Below the pieces are notes generated by a model, which saw only the letters and a list, made by a program, of their open reading frames with translations, was not told the DNA's origin and did not search any database. Shown in pieces: positions 52,374 through 64,000 of a stretch of DNA of 64,000 nucleotides. Numbering within the stretch: position 1 is the stretch's first letter; every line of letters starts with the position of its first letter. A program made the translations under genes and the position numbers. This DNA comes from Octopus bimaculoides (taxonomy: Eukaryota): contig NC_068991.1 in NCBI RefSeq assembly GCF_001194135.2, positions 6,123,390-6,187,389 of the forward strand, read 5' to 3'.

Positions 52374-53184
52374 ATGTCACAGTTGTCCTGAAGTTAAATA
52401 ACAGCAACAACAAAGAAATTATGATGACGTGATATTTTTGATTGAAATTCATTAAATGTTTTATCTTATTTGGTTTCTGACATCATTAGCTGTTCATCCA
52501 CTTGTGCCAGGCCATTGTAGGGTTAACCCACAGCCATTGTTGGTCCCCGTTTCCAGCTGAGTGGACTGGATCAGTGTGACATACACAGCCTGATCTGAAA
52601 ATCAAACCACTGACCTTAAGATTCTGACCCTAATACCCACACCTCTTCACCTTACAGCCAGGTGCTCTGGGTATTTGATGGGGGTGGTTTGAGCTGTATT
52701 TGTTACTGTTTAACCCCCAACTCAATCCTAATCAAATATCCTTTTGATCACAGATGTTGTAGCCATGTCTATCCTGCATATTTTTTCTGGGTTAGATGTC
52801 TAGGATTACATCTTTATCTAGTGTGTCTTTTCCATAAGGTAGTTGTGTGACATAAGAAGAGATATCAAGTGACAGCCAAAGACACAGTTCTGCATTGTAA
52901 CAGGGTATAAATTCTAGAAGTTTCCCTTGATTCAGGTGTTGCCTATCAACTCTTCCACCTGCACTCCCTAATATATTCTTTTATCTGTTTCAGTCATTTG
53001 ACTGTTGCCATGCTGGAGCACCGCCTTTAGTCGAACAAATCGACTCCAAGACTTATTCTTTGTAAGCCTAGTACTCATTTTATCAGTGTGTTTTGTCAAA
53101 CTGCAAAGTTTTGGGTACATAAACACACCATCATCGGTTGTCAAGCGATGGCAGGGGGACAAACACAGACACACAAATACATGT

Positions 53185-53217
<33 letters not shown>

Positions 53218-53329
53218 AACATAATTAAGGGATCAGAAAATATTTGGTAAAAATTATTAATTGTTGATTTATTAATAAATTGATAATCCTTTACCCTTTT
53301 AATTTGTAATAATTATATATATATATATA

Positions 53330-53458
53330 TCATCATCATCATCATCATCATCGTTTAACGTCCGCTTTCCATGCTAGTATGGGTTGGACGATTTGACTGA
53401 GGACTGGTGAAACCGGATCGCAACACCAGGCTCCAATCTAATTTGGCAGAGTTTCTAC
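53330..53458 (-). mobile_element. RTE-clade LINE 3' end, running into an N-gap
   Basis: 3 mismatches in 120 nt against 26701-26820; same (CAT)n tail. Confidence 0.85.
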
Positions 53459-54490
53459 NNNNNNNNNNNNNNNNNNNNNNNNNNNNNNNNNNNNNNNNNN
53501 NNNNNNNNNNNNNNNNNNNNNNNNNNNNNNNNNNNNNNNNNNNNNNNNNNNNNNNNNNNNNNNNNNNNNNNNNNNNNNNNNNNNNNNNNNNNNNNNNNNN
53601 NNNNNNNNNNNNNNNNNNNNNNNNNNNNNNNNNNNNNNNNNNNNNNNNNNNNNNNNNNNNNNNNNNNNNNNNNNNNNNNNNNNNNNNNNNNNNNNNNNNN
53701 NNNNNNNNNNNNNNNNNNNNNNNNNNNNNNNNNNNNNNNNNNNNNNNNNNNNNNNNNNNNNNNNNNNNNNNNNNNNNNNNNNNNNNNNNNNNNTACATAA
53801 ACACACCATCATCGGTTGTCAAGCGATGGCAGGGGGACAAACACAGACACACAAATACATGTACACACACACATATATATATATATATATATTGAGAAAA
53901 AAAGTCGACTTTTTTTTCTCTCAATATTCAATTCTGTACATCATTTAAAACGAAAATAAAAAATTCCACAAGAACTTTCTTGACAACCTAATACTTACAG
54001 CCTTGATTTATCATTGTTGGTTAAAACTGAGATAGCTGTAGTATGACCGATAAACACAATTTGATGTCTTATCAACCGATTTATTTCACAGGCCCCCCCC
54101 CCTCTCTCATAACCACTTAAGAAATCAGATAAAGTTTACAATTGTCAAACTGTTAAAATTGTTTCTTTTCTAAGAAATTAAGATTTTGTTAAAGATCCTA
54201 TACATACATACATACATACATATATATATATATAGGCACATTAATTTGTTGAAGCCATATCACTTCCTGCTGTGAAATGTCAGTTAATATTGTTATTGTT
54301 TGGTTGTCCCTTTGGGTCAAGCTGACTTATGATTAATAACAATCAAGACGTGATTATTTCATCCATTTTAATGGCATAAATACATGTAGGACTGCATTGT
54401 TTTTCTTTTCACTTCTTTTAGTGATTAGAATGTGGCCTTGCTGGGGCATCACCTTGAAGGGTTTTATACAAACGAATTTATATACGATGG

Positions 54491-55330
54491 TCTTCTTTCA
54501 GTTTCTATCACCAAAATCCACTCACAAGGCCTTGGTCAACCCAGGGCTATAGCAGAAGACATCTGCTCGAGGTACCATGCTGTGAGACAGAACCCAGAAC
54601 CATGTAGTTGGGAAGCAAGTTCCTTATCACACAGCCACACCTGTGCCTATTATCCAACATGTCATTCAATTCTTTATTTGAATAGGTTGTGGTTTAAGTG
54701 AAACTTGATTCAAAACATATCAGGTGTTTTGACTGCCTGGGGTGCGGGGGGGGGGCTCTTGTTGGATTATGTCAGTGGAATATCTTTTGTTTGCGTACAA
54801 TCTAGTAACAGATATTTTCAAGATTCTTTTGGGGTTTTTTTTGTTTTTGTTTTTTGATATTTTAAAAGTTACATGCCTTTGGCAGAGGCGTGGCTGTGTG
54901 GTAAGAAGTTTGCTTCTCAGCCACATGGTTCCGAGTTCAGTCCCACTGTGTGACAACTTGGTCAAGTGTCTCCTACTGTTGTCCTGGGCCGACCAAACTA
55001 AACAAAGCCTTGTGACTAGATTTGGTGGATTGAAACTGAAAGAAGCCTGCTGTGTGTGCATGTGATTGTGTGCTTGTGTGTGTGTTTGTGTGCATGTGTC
55101 TGTGTATGTGTCTTTGTATCTCTGTTTGTCCCCCACCACTGCTTGACAACCAGTGTTGGTGTGTTTATGTTCCCGTAACTAAGCAGTTCAACAAAAGAGA
55201 CCAAGAGAATAAGTACCAGGTTTCAAAAAAAGTAAAATAAAATAAGTACTAGGATCAATTCATTCAACTAAAAATTTTTTAGGGTGGTGCTCCAGCATGG
55301 CTGCAGTCTAATGACTGAAACATTTGAAAG
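54491..55330. mobile_element. SINE family 2: - copy (54491-54650) and near-full + copy (54881-55330)
   Basis: Same head (ggctgtgtggtaagaagtttgctt..ggttccgagttcagtccc) and tail (ggtgctccagcatggc..gactgaaac). Further fragments at about 340-520, 20340-20545, 52975-53200, 56400-56515, 57540-57670 and 60260-60375. Confidence 0.8.
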
Positions 55331-56025
55331 GCAAATAATAGAAACTGACAGAAAAATACTAGATTTTGTTTCCTGATGTAATAAAATTCATTTTTTTCCC
55401 CCCCAATAAATAATGCTTTATCTATTCTTATTGATTTCTATCAAAGGCACAAGGTTTGAAATTAGTGAAGAAGAGTATAAAGTGAATGAAATGAAGCCAA
55501 GCCCTTTATCAATATATATTTTATCGACCCCCTTCAGGATGAAAGGCAAACCATTAATATTGTAGAGCAATATATACGTGAACAAATAAATTAAAAGAAA
55601 CAGCAATGGAGTTCATCCTTTTCATTGCTTTTATCGCTTTTATCATTTCCAAACCACAAATATTTCATCACTTTTTGTTTCCTGTTTCTTCACAAATGTT
55701 CCCATGCTTATGATATACATAATAGATGTATATTACTTGAGCATCTCTTCAGCATGAATTTATTAATAACTAAATACACAGACTTAAACCAGGTGTTTTG
55801 TCTCACTGTCAAATCAAACGCATAAAGTAATTTATTTATTTAATTATTTATTCGATAGCTTGGGATGACAATCAAACCAAAAATGTGTTCACTTCTCTCC
55901 CTCACAAGCTGCAGGTGAGATTATTTGAACTATTGAAATCTAAACTAATATATACCTTGGCAGAAATGATGGTGAATTATTGAATAATAAAGGAATTAGT
56001 GAGGCAGCAAGCTAGTAGAATTGCT

Positions 56026-56255
56026 TTAACCCTTTTGATACCAACCCGACTGAAACCACCTCTGGCTCTGTAGTACAAATGTCTTGTTTTCATAAGTTTT
56101 GAATTAAAATCCTCCACCAAACCTTAGTCACAATTTATGTTCCTAACACTAGCTTAATGATAACGAAGTTATTTTACTAAATTCTTGGTTATATTTAAAA
56201 TTAATTGAAAGAAACACAGAACATCTCAAAATAAATACGGTAACGAAAGGGTCAA
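56026..56255. mobile_element. piggyBac-like MITE family B, nested in a SINE head
   Basis: TTAA-cccttttgatacc ... ggtaacgaaaggg-TCAA: 11/13 TIR match, one TSD copy mutated. Confidence 0.7.
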
Positions 56256-57960
56256 TACATTGGACAAAATACTTGGTGGCATTTCTTAATGTTCTGAGTT
56301 CAACTACTGCAGTTTGAGTAGGAGTTATAATTATAGAGATTACACATGCTTTTGAAGGATTACGTCACTGCATCTACTACCCCTCCCTATCTTTTATCTT
56401 AGGCTTTGGTCAACCCTAGGTAATAGTAAAAGACACTTGCTCAAGGATCCATGCAGTAGGACTGAACCCAGAACCATATGTTTGGAAAGCAAATTCCTTA
56501 CCGCACAGGCAAGCCTATCTCTAATTAAATGCTTAAAATAACATCTTGTTCAAAGAGGAATAGCTAAACAGTAATTAAATAAATAAACTCCCCAGTCATT
56601 TATTTGGATATGTGTAAATAACATTGATTGGGAGCAGCTTAGCTCATTACATCTTCCTCGTTTATCTAGAGCAAAACAGCTTGATAGAGCCTGTGCTACT
56701 CGATGTCCCACCCATGAAATTAGTTGAATCCTAGTTCTATAAACCAACAGCTAACAAAAGTACTTTGGAGTCCTACAACTTACTATATCATATGGAATAG
56801 TGTGTCAAAAGTTTGGTTTGTACAAGTATCTTTGCCAAAAACACACCCTAGTGTTGATGACAGGATATGATCTCATCATCTTTGGGTTGGTAATCTAATG
56901 TCCTATCAGCTCAGATAACTCTTCCTCTTAAAATAATATTAAGCCAGAGTGAAATAAAAGTGAATATTTAATTATTTATTGGGGGTTTTCTGGGTAAATT
57001 TAGAGAAAATACTGTTTGTTTTTCTTTTTAATGTAAAGTCTAAAATGAGGGCAGCGAGCTGGCAGAATCGTTAGGAGTATTTTGTCTGCTGTTACGTTCT
57101 GAGTTCAAATTCTACGTGTATTATCCCTGGGCAATGGTGTGTGTGGGCACACCATACATGTAGAGTACAGATAACAACAAGATAAACAAGAGCTTATCAG
57201 GAACCAATGCAAATAATTAGAAAATGGAGAAAACCACAGATTAACGAACACATCGGTTGGACCACATTTACAGCTTATTTTTTAATACATAGCATGACAA
57301 ATGTTACATCACCTATTTTGTTATGTCATGCTTTGTATTAAAAAAATAAGCTATAAATGTGGTCCAATTGATGTGTTGGTTAATCTGTGGTTTTCTCCAT
57401 TTTCTAATGATATATATATATGTACGTATGTATGTATGTATGTATGTATGTATGTATATGTATATATATATGTATATATATAAAGTGCGCACATACACAA
57501 ACACACGTGCACGCACATACATACAGTGAGGTGTTTCTGCGTGGTTTCTGTCAAAGAAATTCCATTCTCAAGGTATCAGTTGAGCAATGGTGCAAAGTCT
57601 CTCAGCTAAAGTACTAAACACTGGGATTGAATGCAGAACCACATGAATGTTAAGCAGACCCCTTCACCCACACTGCTAAACATTTGCTGTAGGAGATATC
57701 ACTTCATCTCCTAGCATGTACAATTTGTAATGTTGAGAATCCCTACAGTGTGTAAGTGTCAATTTGTTTGTTTTATCAGCATGCTTTTGAATTTGAGTCG
57801 AGATATTTGAGTCAAGCACTAAGCTATGTGCTCAGATATAACAGGAAATGTTGGAAATGAAGCTGATGTACAGAAATAAAATTAAAAGTTAGCACACTTC
57901 ACCAACAAAGGAAATAATAAGTACAAACAACAACAACAACAATAATAATAATAATAATAA

Positions 57961-58093
57961 TACAGTTCTATATTTAAAAGATGAGGAATTATGTACATTA
58001 TTTACATTTGACGGATATTTGTCCTCATCTTGTTTGTTGTTAACACAAACAAGATGAGGACAAATATCCGTCAAATGTAAATAATGTAAATAA
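57961..58093. mobile_element. Inverted pair of Penelope pseudo-LTR fragments (43-bp perfect palindrome)
   Basis: Arms 57994-58036 and 58046-58088 are exact reverse complements. Both match the sequence 3' of the hammerhead at 50978-51035. Flanked by (AAT)n. Confidence 0.85.
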
Positions 58094-58181
58094 TTATAAT
58101 AATAATCTCAGGATGTCCTGTGCTGACACCAATAATAATAATAATAATAATAATAATAGCAACAACAACAACAATGATGAG

Positions 58182-58632
58182 TCTTTCTACTATACACACA
58201 AAGCCTGACATTTTGGGGGAGTAGGATAGTCAGTTACATTGACCCCAATACTCAACTGGTACTTTTTTTATTGACCCCCAAAAAGAATGAAAGGTAAAGT
58301 TGGCCTTGGTAGAATTTGAACCCAGAGCGTGAAGACAGACAAAATGCTACTAAGCATTTTGCCCCGTGTACCCTCCATTCTACCAGTTCACTGCTTTAAT
58401 AACATCAATAATAATAATCCTTTCTACTATAGGCACAAGGCCTGGAATTTGGGGGTAGGGGATTATGTCGATTACATAAACCCCAGTATTCAACTGGTAC
58501 TCATTTCATCAACCCCCAAAAGGATAAAAAGCAAAGCTAACCTCAGCGGAATTTGAACTCAGAACATAGCAATGGGCAAAACACTGGTAAGCATTTTTCC
58601 AGCGTGCTAACAATTCTGCCAGCTCACCGCCT
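58182..58632 (-). mobile_element. Tandem pair of SINE family 1 copies (58182-58395, 58419-58632)
   Basis: Reverse complements of the family 1 head and core, separated by (AAT)n. Confidence 0.82.
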
Positions 58633-59714
58633 TAACATCAGTAATAATAATAGCAACAACAATAATAAGCATACATACTTGGTTTCAGGTATTTGATTGA
58701 TGCCACTTCACAGCCATTTACAAGGTAGAAAGTCAGCAAATGAGTGTTGCTATAGAAACCAGTATAATGACTGATAAAGAATGCATATCGTAACACTTCA
58801 CGGATGAATGAGTTTCTGTTATCATTTTATGGCTTCTCTGCCTCCCTTCATTCCGTTTTCTTTGTCAGTTTCCACATATAGATCAGTCGTAGCTATTTTA
58901 TAACACTAATTACTATTATAAGATCAAATAGCCTGGAAGATCAAATAACTTATGGTACTTTGGTAATTATTACCTGGCTGGTCATTAAACTCGTACCGTT
59001 ATGTAAATGAGCTGCACCTGGACAAGTACATGTTTACATATTAATTGGCAGGGCTTTTATTACTTACGATTGGCATTTTGGGTAGGAGAGAGGAGCAGAT
59101 TCTGATGAATTATTAAATGACAATGGAACCACTGAGTTCAATTGTCCCCAATTCAACTACAAAGACTTCCATGTCGCCTAATTCTGTAGCAACACTAAAT
59201 GCATCATCATCATCATCATCATTGTCATTGTTTAACGTCCGCTTTCCAGACAGTCTGACTAAGGGCTGGCAAGCCAGAAGGCTGCACCAGGCTCCAATCC
59301 AATCTGGCCGCAGTCAAATGACTGAAACATGTAAAAGAATAGAAGAAAAACACTAAGGTAAGCTACTATAAATCGGCATGAACTTTCCGGACAACCCAAT
59401 ATTTTATTAAACTTGACGAATATTTTTCAAGCAATGAACAATTTTCATCAAAACAATGAAACAATTCTTTGACTTGGAACTTATTGCAAAGCTGCATGAT
59501 AAACAACATTTTTGTCTTCCCATTTGGGGTCAGTACAATTCTTTTTTCTCTCTGACCTCTTTCTTTCTTTCTCTATCTCTCTCTTTCTGTTGATTGCTTT
59601 CAACCATCACCATCACCAGTACCACCACCATTGCCACCACAACTGCCATACACACACCATTCAGACTTCTGACGCCACCAACATCAATACAATCGACTTC
59701 GTTGCCTTCGTTGG

Positions 59715-59962
59715 CGTCAGAAGATACAGCATAGAAAGATGAGGCTAACTGGACACTGCATCACACATACCGATGAATTGCTAACAAGCTAGTGCTCTAG
59801 CAACCAACGGAAGGAAGAACCAGGAGAGGAAGGAGGTAGACGACCTATGTTGACAATTTGCTGGAGGATACTGGTATGGAGCTGAGGACCATTATGGAAG
59901 ATCGAGATGAATGGGTAAAACGTGTGGAAACAATCTTGGGGCGTCCTGAGGGAAGACCTAGA
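59715..59962 (+). mobile_element. Decayed LINE 3' end (RTE/RTE-X-like) with (TAGA)n tail
   Basis: Reads KIQHRKMRLTGHC..KLVL*QPTEGRTRRGRR*TTYVDNLLEDTG..MEDRDEW with stops and a frameshift; followed directly by a GATA microsatellite. Confidence 0.75.
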
Positions 59963-60037
59963 TAGATAGATAGATAGATACATAGATAGATAGATAGATA
60001 GATAGACAGATACATAGATAGATAGATAGACAGATAC

Positions 60038-60070
<33 letters not shown>

Positions 60071-60087
60071 CAGATACATAGATAGAT
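59958..60087. repeat. (GATA)n / (GACA) tetranucleotide microsatellite
   Basis: Direct reading; forms the tail of the adjacent LINE fragment. Confidence 0.95.
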
Positions 60088-60097
60088 TGCGTGTGTG

Positions 60098-60162
60098 TAA
60101 GTCCACATCGTTGAACGACGGAAGTGGTGGTGGGGTCTCTGTCGTTCAACGATGTGGACTTA
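60098..60162. repeat. Perfect 22-bp inverted repeat with a 21-nt spacer
   Basis: taagtccacatcgttgaacgac (60098-60119) / gtcgttcaacgatgtggactta (60141-60162). Confidence 0.95.
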
Positions 60163-61019
60163 GTTGTTCAATCAAATAAATAATCTCTTCTTGAATTAAC
60201 GACTCGAGGCTATCCCTTTTAAATTACGGGTGCAATCCAGACGATGGGTTTCTAGGCCGTTACCGTCACTCACAACGTACAAGTCGACCCGACACTATAG
60301 AAACTTACATTTGCCCAAGATGCCATGCAATGGGATTGAATTCGAGACCTCGTGGTTGCGAAGCGAAGTTCTTAACCAAACATACATGCACGCACGCACC
60401 ACACACACAAAATAATCATGGCTAGCGTATTTATTACGCTTGACCAAGCTTAAAGCCAATGCTCAGAAACTCTCACGAAGATAATATACTGTGAAAATAA
60501 CATTGCAGGAAAATACCGTTGTTGGTCCGAACTTTACTAATAAATAAATAGTTGAAGTAAAAAAAAAAATTCTATTTTTGATCGATGATCGCATAAATCC
60601 CCTGTTCCCTAGCATCTGTTTCTATTCTTTGGAATATTGGCTTTTTCGCAGCTGGCCTGCATTATATTGGGAAATATTTAAACTAAGTCGTATATAATGC
60701 AGTCCGCCGATGTCTAGGTCACCGAAAGCTGTGACGATGTCAGACAGAACTTTTAGAGCAGAACACCTTGAATAATAATCGAAAGGATTTCTCAAAGACA
60801 AAAGAGAGAATGTTCCATCCGTATTCCACGAACTTGATTTGTCTATGGAGACAATAAGCTTTAATATTGTTAATAGCGTAGTCAAAATAAGTTCGAAAAA
60901 GTCATTTGTCTCAAAGAATGTCAAAGTATTTGGAAGCAGATCACCGATACAGGGAAGAAGCAATATTTATTATCTGCTGATGCGGTTTGTTGGTAATCGA
61001 TATAAATAGGGAGGAGTTG

Positions 61020-61390
61020 CGTCATTTCCCTTTACCCCCTTCTCTTTCTTTCTCTCTTTCAGTCACTCAGTTTAACTCTCTTCCCTTCTCTCTCGCTCTT
61101 ACTGCACCTCTAGTTGAGTTTTCTCTCCTTCATTCACACTTTCAGTAGTCTCCCTTCCTCTTACTATTCCTCCCTCTCTCTCTCATTAGTGGGGAGGCGA
61201 TTGCTGCTGCTGCTGTTAACGCTGCCATTGTTGTGCGAGTAGGACAGTGTCTGACTGTAGTGAAATCTTCACCACTAATGTAGCCAGTAGTCGGCCTGAC
61301 CGAGGAGGAGCAGGCCTGTCGAGATAGGCTAGCAAGCTGGAGAAGATACCGGATTATCTCAGAGATACTATGGACTGGTTTATGGGGTCA
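61020..61390 (+). promoter_or_regulatory. Candidate promoter / first exon: pyrimidine-rich tract, then a GC-richer 5' UTR-like stretch ending in ATG (61370) and donor-like sites
   Basis: CT-rich 61020-61185; GC- and CpG-richer 61185-61390; ATG GAC TGG TTT ATG GGG TCA followed by gtatga (alternative donor gtcagt at 61387). No homology recognised. Confidence 0.35.
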
Positions 61391-62616
61391 GTATGAAAAC
61401 AAAAACATATCAACATTACATATAATATATTGATATATAATATGTGTATGTGTGTACATATATATATATATGTGTGTGTATGTGTATATGTAAAACTCGG
61501 ATCTTGTTTCGTTTTTCGTCTTCGAACTCCCCCTCCCGTCACTGCAGACAGTGCTTTGCTTGTTGTGTCTCCGTCTCTATTCATTCAACTCCTATCGTTT
61601 CTTCTTTCTTTCTTCTTCTTTTAATATTTATTTTCGACAACCATAACAATTATTTTTGTCAACACAACTGATATTTTATTTTATTTTATTCAAGTTGACA
61701 CTTTTGCCTTTCAGTTTTCGTTTTTTTTCCAAATGTGCGACTATGCCTCATAGAGGCATCTGTATTAGACATGATCATATAGACACATACATACATAGAA
61801 ATATATGATATATACATGGATGTATGTTTATTTAAATTAACATCTTACTTGGCATGGCTTTAAATCATAGATATCTTTATAATATCAATTCTATTTGATG
61901 TATTACCGCTAATAAATGAACATCTTTCAATAACAAGGTGCTTTAAGACGAGTTGAGATTTATTGTAAACACAAATAATCAATATACACATTTCTATTTA
62001 TACACCAACTTAACATAGACCAGTCGTTTGTCTGTGCCTTCATAATCCTATCTCTCATTCCATCTCGTCTTTTCCATTTTCTCCAAACCTGTATTTATTT
62101 ACTCATTCATTTCTTTAATCCAAATACCATCAATCTTTATTATTATTTTACTTATCTCTCTCACATAACACAAACATCTATATATTCTTTGTCACACAGG
62201 TACACTCATCTGTTCTTTCTATCCTACCACCACACATTACACCGATCTTTTTTACATATACACAAATGCACACAAAGTTTGTCCTTATGTACATTCTGTC
62301 AATATCGCAGTTATAATGATTAGAAATGTATATCGTAATTTCAATAGTGAAACAATTCTGTAGCTAGCTAGCTATTCGGCAAAAGTGGAGCTGTTTTGTG
62401 TAGAAACTTCAGCCACACTCTCCCTATATTTAATCATTAAATTACTATCCATTGTCTAATTGCCAAGTTAAACTTTGTTGCATGATTAAGGTATCCAACT
62501 TTTCACCCGGTTCCTAGTGTTGTTGCACCCACAACTGAAACACCCAGGCTTTCAACGAATACTTTTTAACTTAACCCCATACTAGATAGTCTTCTTGAAG
62601 ACCGGTTTTTGGTTAG

Positions 62617-62825
62617 GTAGAATGGAACCATATCATGTTAGATATATCGCACCACGACCTGACGAATTTATCTGTAAATTTAAAATTTAAAGAAGTAAAA
62701 AGTAAAATAGATGTGCTCCCTGAAGAAATTGCTAATGTTCTGGATTTAAAAAAAAGCCTTCGTTGTGCGGAAGGAATTGTTACCGGTCCAGACAGTTTCA
62801 CCTCTAAGAGTCTTCTGGACTTCTG
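62617..62825 (+). CDS. Candidate coding exon of an unidentified gene (VEWNHIMLDISHHDLTNLSVNLKFKEVKSKIDVLPEEIANVLDLKKSLRCAEGIVTGPDSFTSKSLLDF)
   Basis: Open frame bounded by ttag and gtgaat, protein-like composition, phase-compatible with MDWFMGS at 61370-61390. The acceptor is weak and no family is recognised. Confidence 0.28.
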
Positions 62826-63947
62826 GTGAATTCTAAGTGTATTCTATTTAACTTCTTTAAAGTTTATTTTGTTGATAATGTTAACACTTCTATATTAATA
62901 TCGAGTTTGCTAAAGATGGTCGAAGCAGTAGTTTGCCGAATTAATAGCATTTTGGTCCCATACTCTTATATCTATGTCCGAAATCTAACACAAGGTCAGT
63001 TTTTACTTCATTCTCCTGGAATTGATAAAATAAAGTGCTTGATATGTTGGCGCTGATTCGATTGACGAATAACCATATCTACTTTTAGGAAAACTGGTGT
63101 GGTATTTTGTGTGGAAAGAAATTCTCATGTCATCATTAATAGCTTGTGAATAGTTTTATATTATTATTTTTTTTATATAATTAGCATGCGGCATCACCAA
63201 AGTCTGACTTTACATTCGATCGTTCCACACTCCTGGCAGTAATATCTATCAAGTTTTACCAAGTCTTCCCAGAGATGTCAAACCGTGTTATTAGCTAAAC
63301 CATTATTATAGACACGAATAAACAAGGAATTCATCCCCAACTCACAACCATACACCCACAGATGTTCAATATTGACAACCAACTTCGCAATTTTAACCTA
63401 GGCACATTTTTCCATCGCTCATTTTATTTACTTCTCTTCTTTTCGAGAACATTTTATTTCTTCATTAATATCCTCATTATACAGTTTGGTGTTTTTTTCT
63501 TTAAATATATTTCGTCTTCCCATGTTCTTGACATTTCACATTTACAAAAATCATCTTGATGTCTTTTGTTTTAATAAGAAAAACAGTTTTTACTCCCACG
63601 AGAAATTAAGTATAAGCGAAAGAAATGCTTTGTGGGTTGTTACATATTATTCCCAGGAATGTGGCGCAAACAATTACAATGTTCGGTGACACGACACAAG
63701 GCGACACATTAACTCAGAGGAGGTGTATAATCAATAATTACATCGATCCTCAGTACACGACTGGTACCTTTTAGCAACTTCGGTAGGGTAAAAAACTAGA
63801 TTATGAAATTAAATTAAAACCACATTGTTTCTCTAATATGAAAGTGATTCTTTGTTTCTGGTAGTATCTTGTGTCCTTAATATATCAATCATTGCCCATA
63901 TTGTATTCATTTCAACCCAGTTATAAAAATCACATTCATCAAAACAC

Positions 63948-64000
<53 letters not shown>

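Noticed and set aside
52540-52560. Resemblance to miR-133 (ttggtcccc...ccagctg)
   Set aside because: Middle mismatches, no precursor hairpin, and it lies within a SINE-3 fragment.
53116-53891. ~95-bp identical duplication around a LINE end and gap
   Set aside because: Too long for a TSD and abuts an N-gap; more likely a haplotype or scaffolding artefact.

Overview
AT-rich, microsatellite-dense animal genomic DNA from a gappy short-read scaffold (most N-gaps sit inside (TA)n runs). The repeat repertoire and gene structure point to a cephalopod, probably Octopus (inference). The one well-supported gene is the 3' part of a QSER1/PRR12-family (DUF4211) gene on the + strand: 9 coding exons from 19598 to the stop at 31608, all GT-AG, phase-consistent, 297 aa. 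Its 5' exons are not visible. The rest is intronic/intergenic DNA with three tRNA-headed SINE families, RTE-clade LINE 3' fragments, decayed Tc1/mariner transposases, piggyBac-like, hAT and Tc1-type MITEs, and a Penelope-like retroelement. The most interesting signal is a minimal type I hammerhead ribozyme in the Penelope pseudo-LTR (50936-50982). A second copy of the same repeat at about 58 kb forms a 43-bp perfect palindrome, and one of its arms begins exactly at the predicted self-cleavage site. From about 59.7 kb the DNA is visibly CpG-richer and contains a 22-bp perfect hairpin, a candidate promoter/first exon and unassigned coding-like segments. No rRNA, tRNA or CRISPR was found. TE coordinates are approximate.
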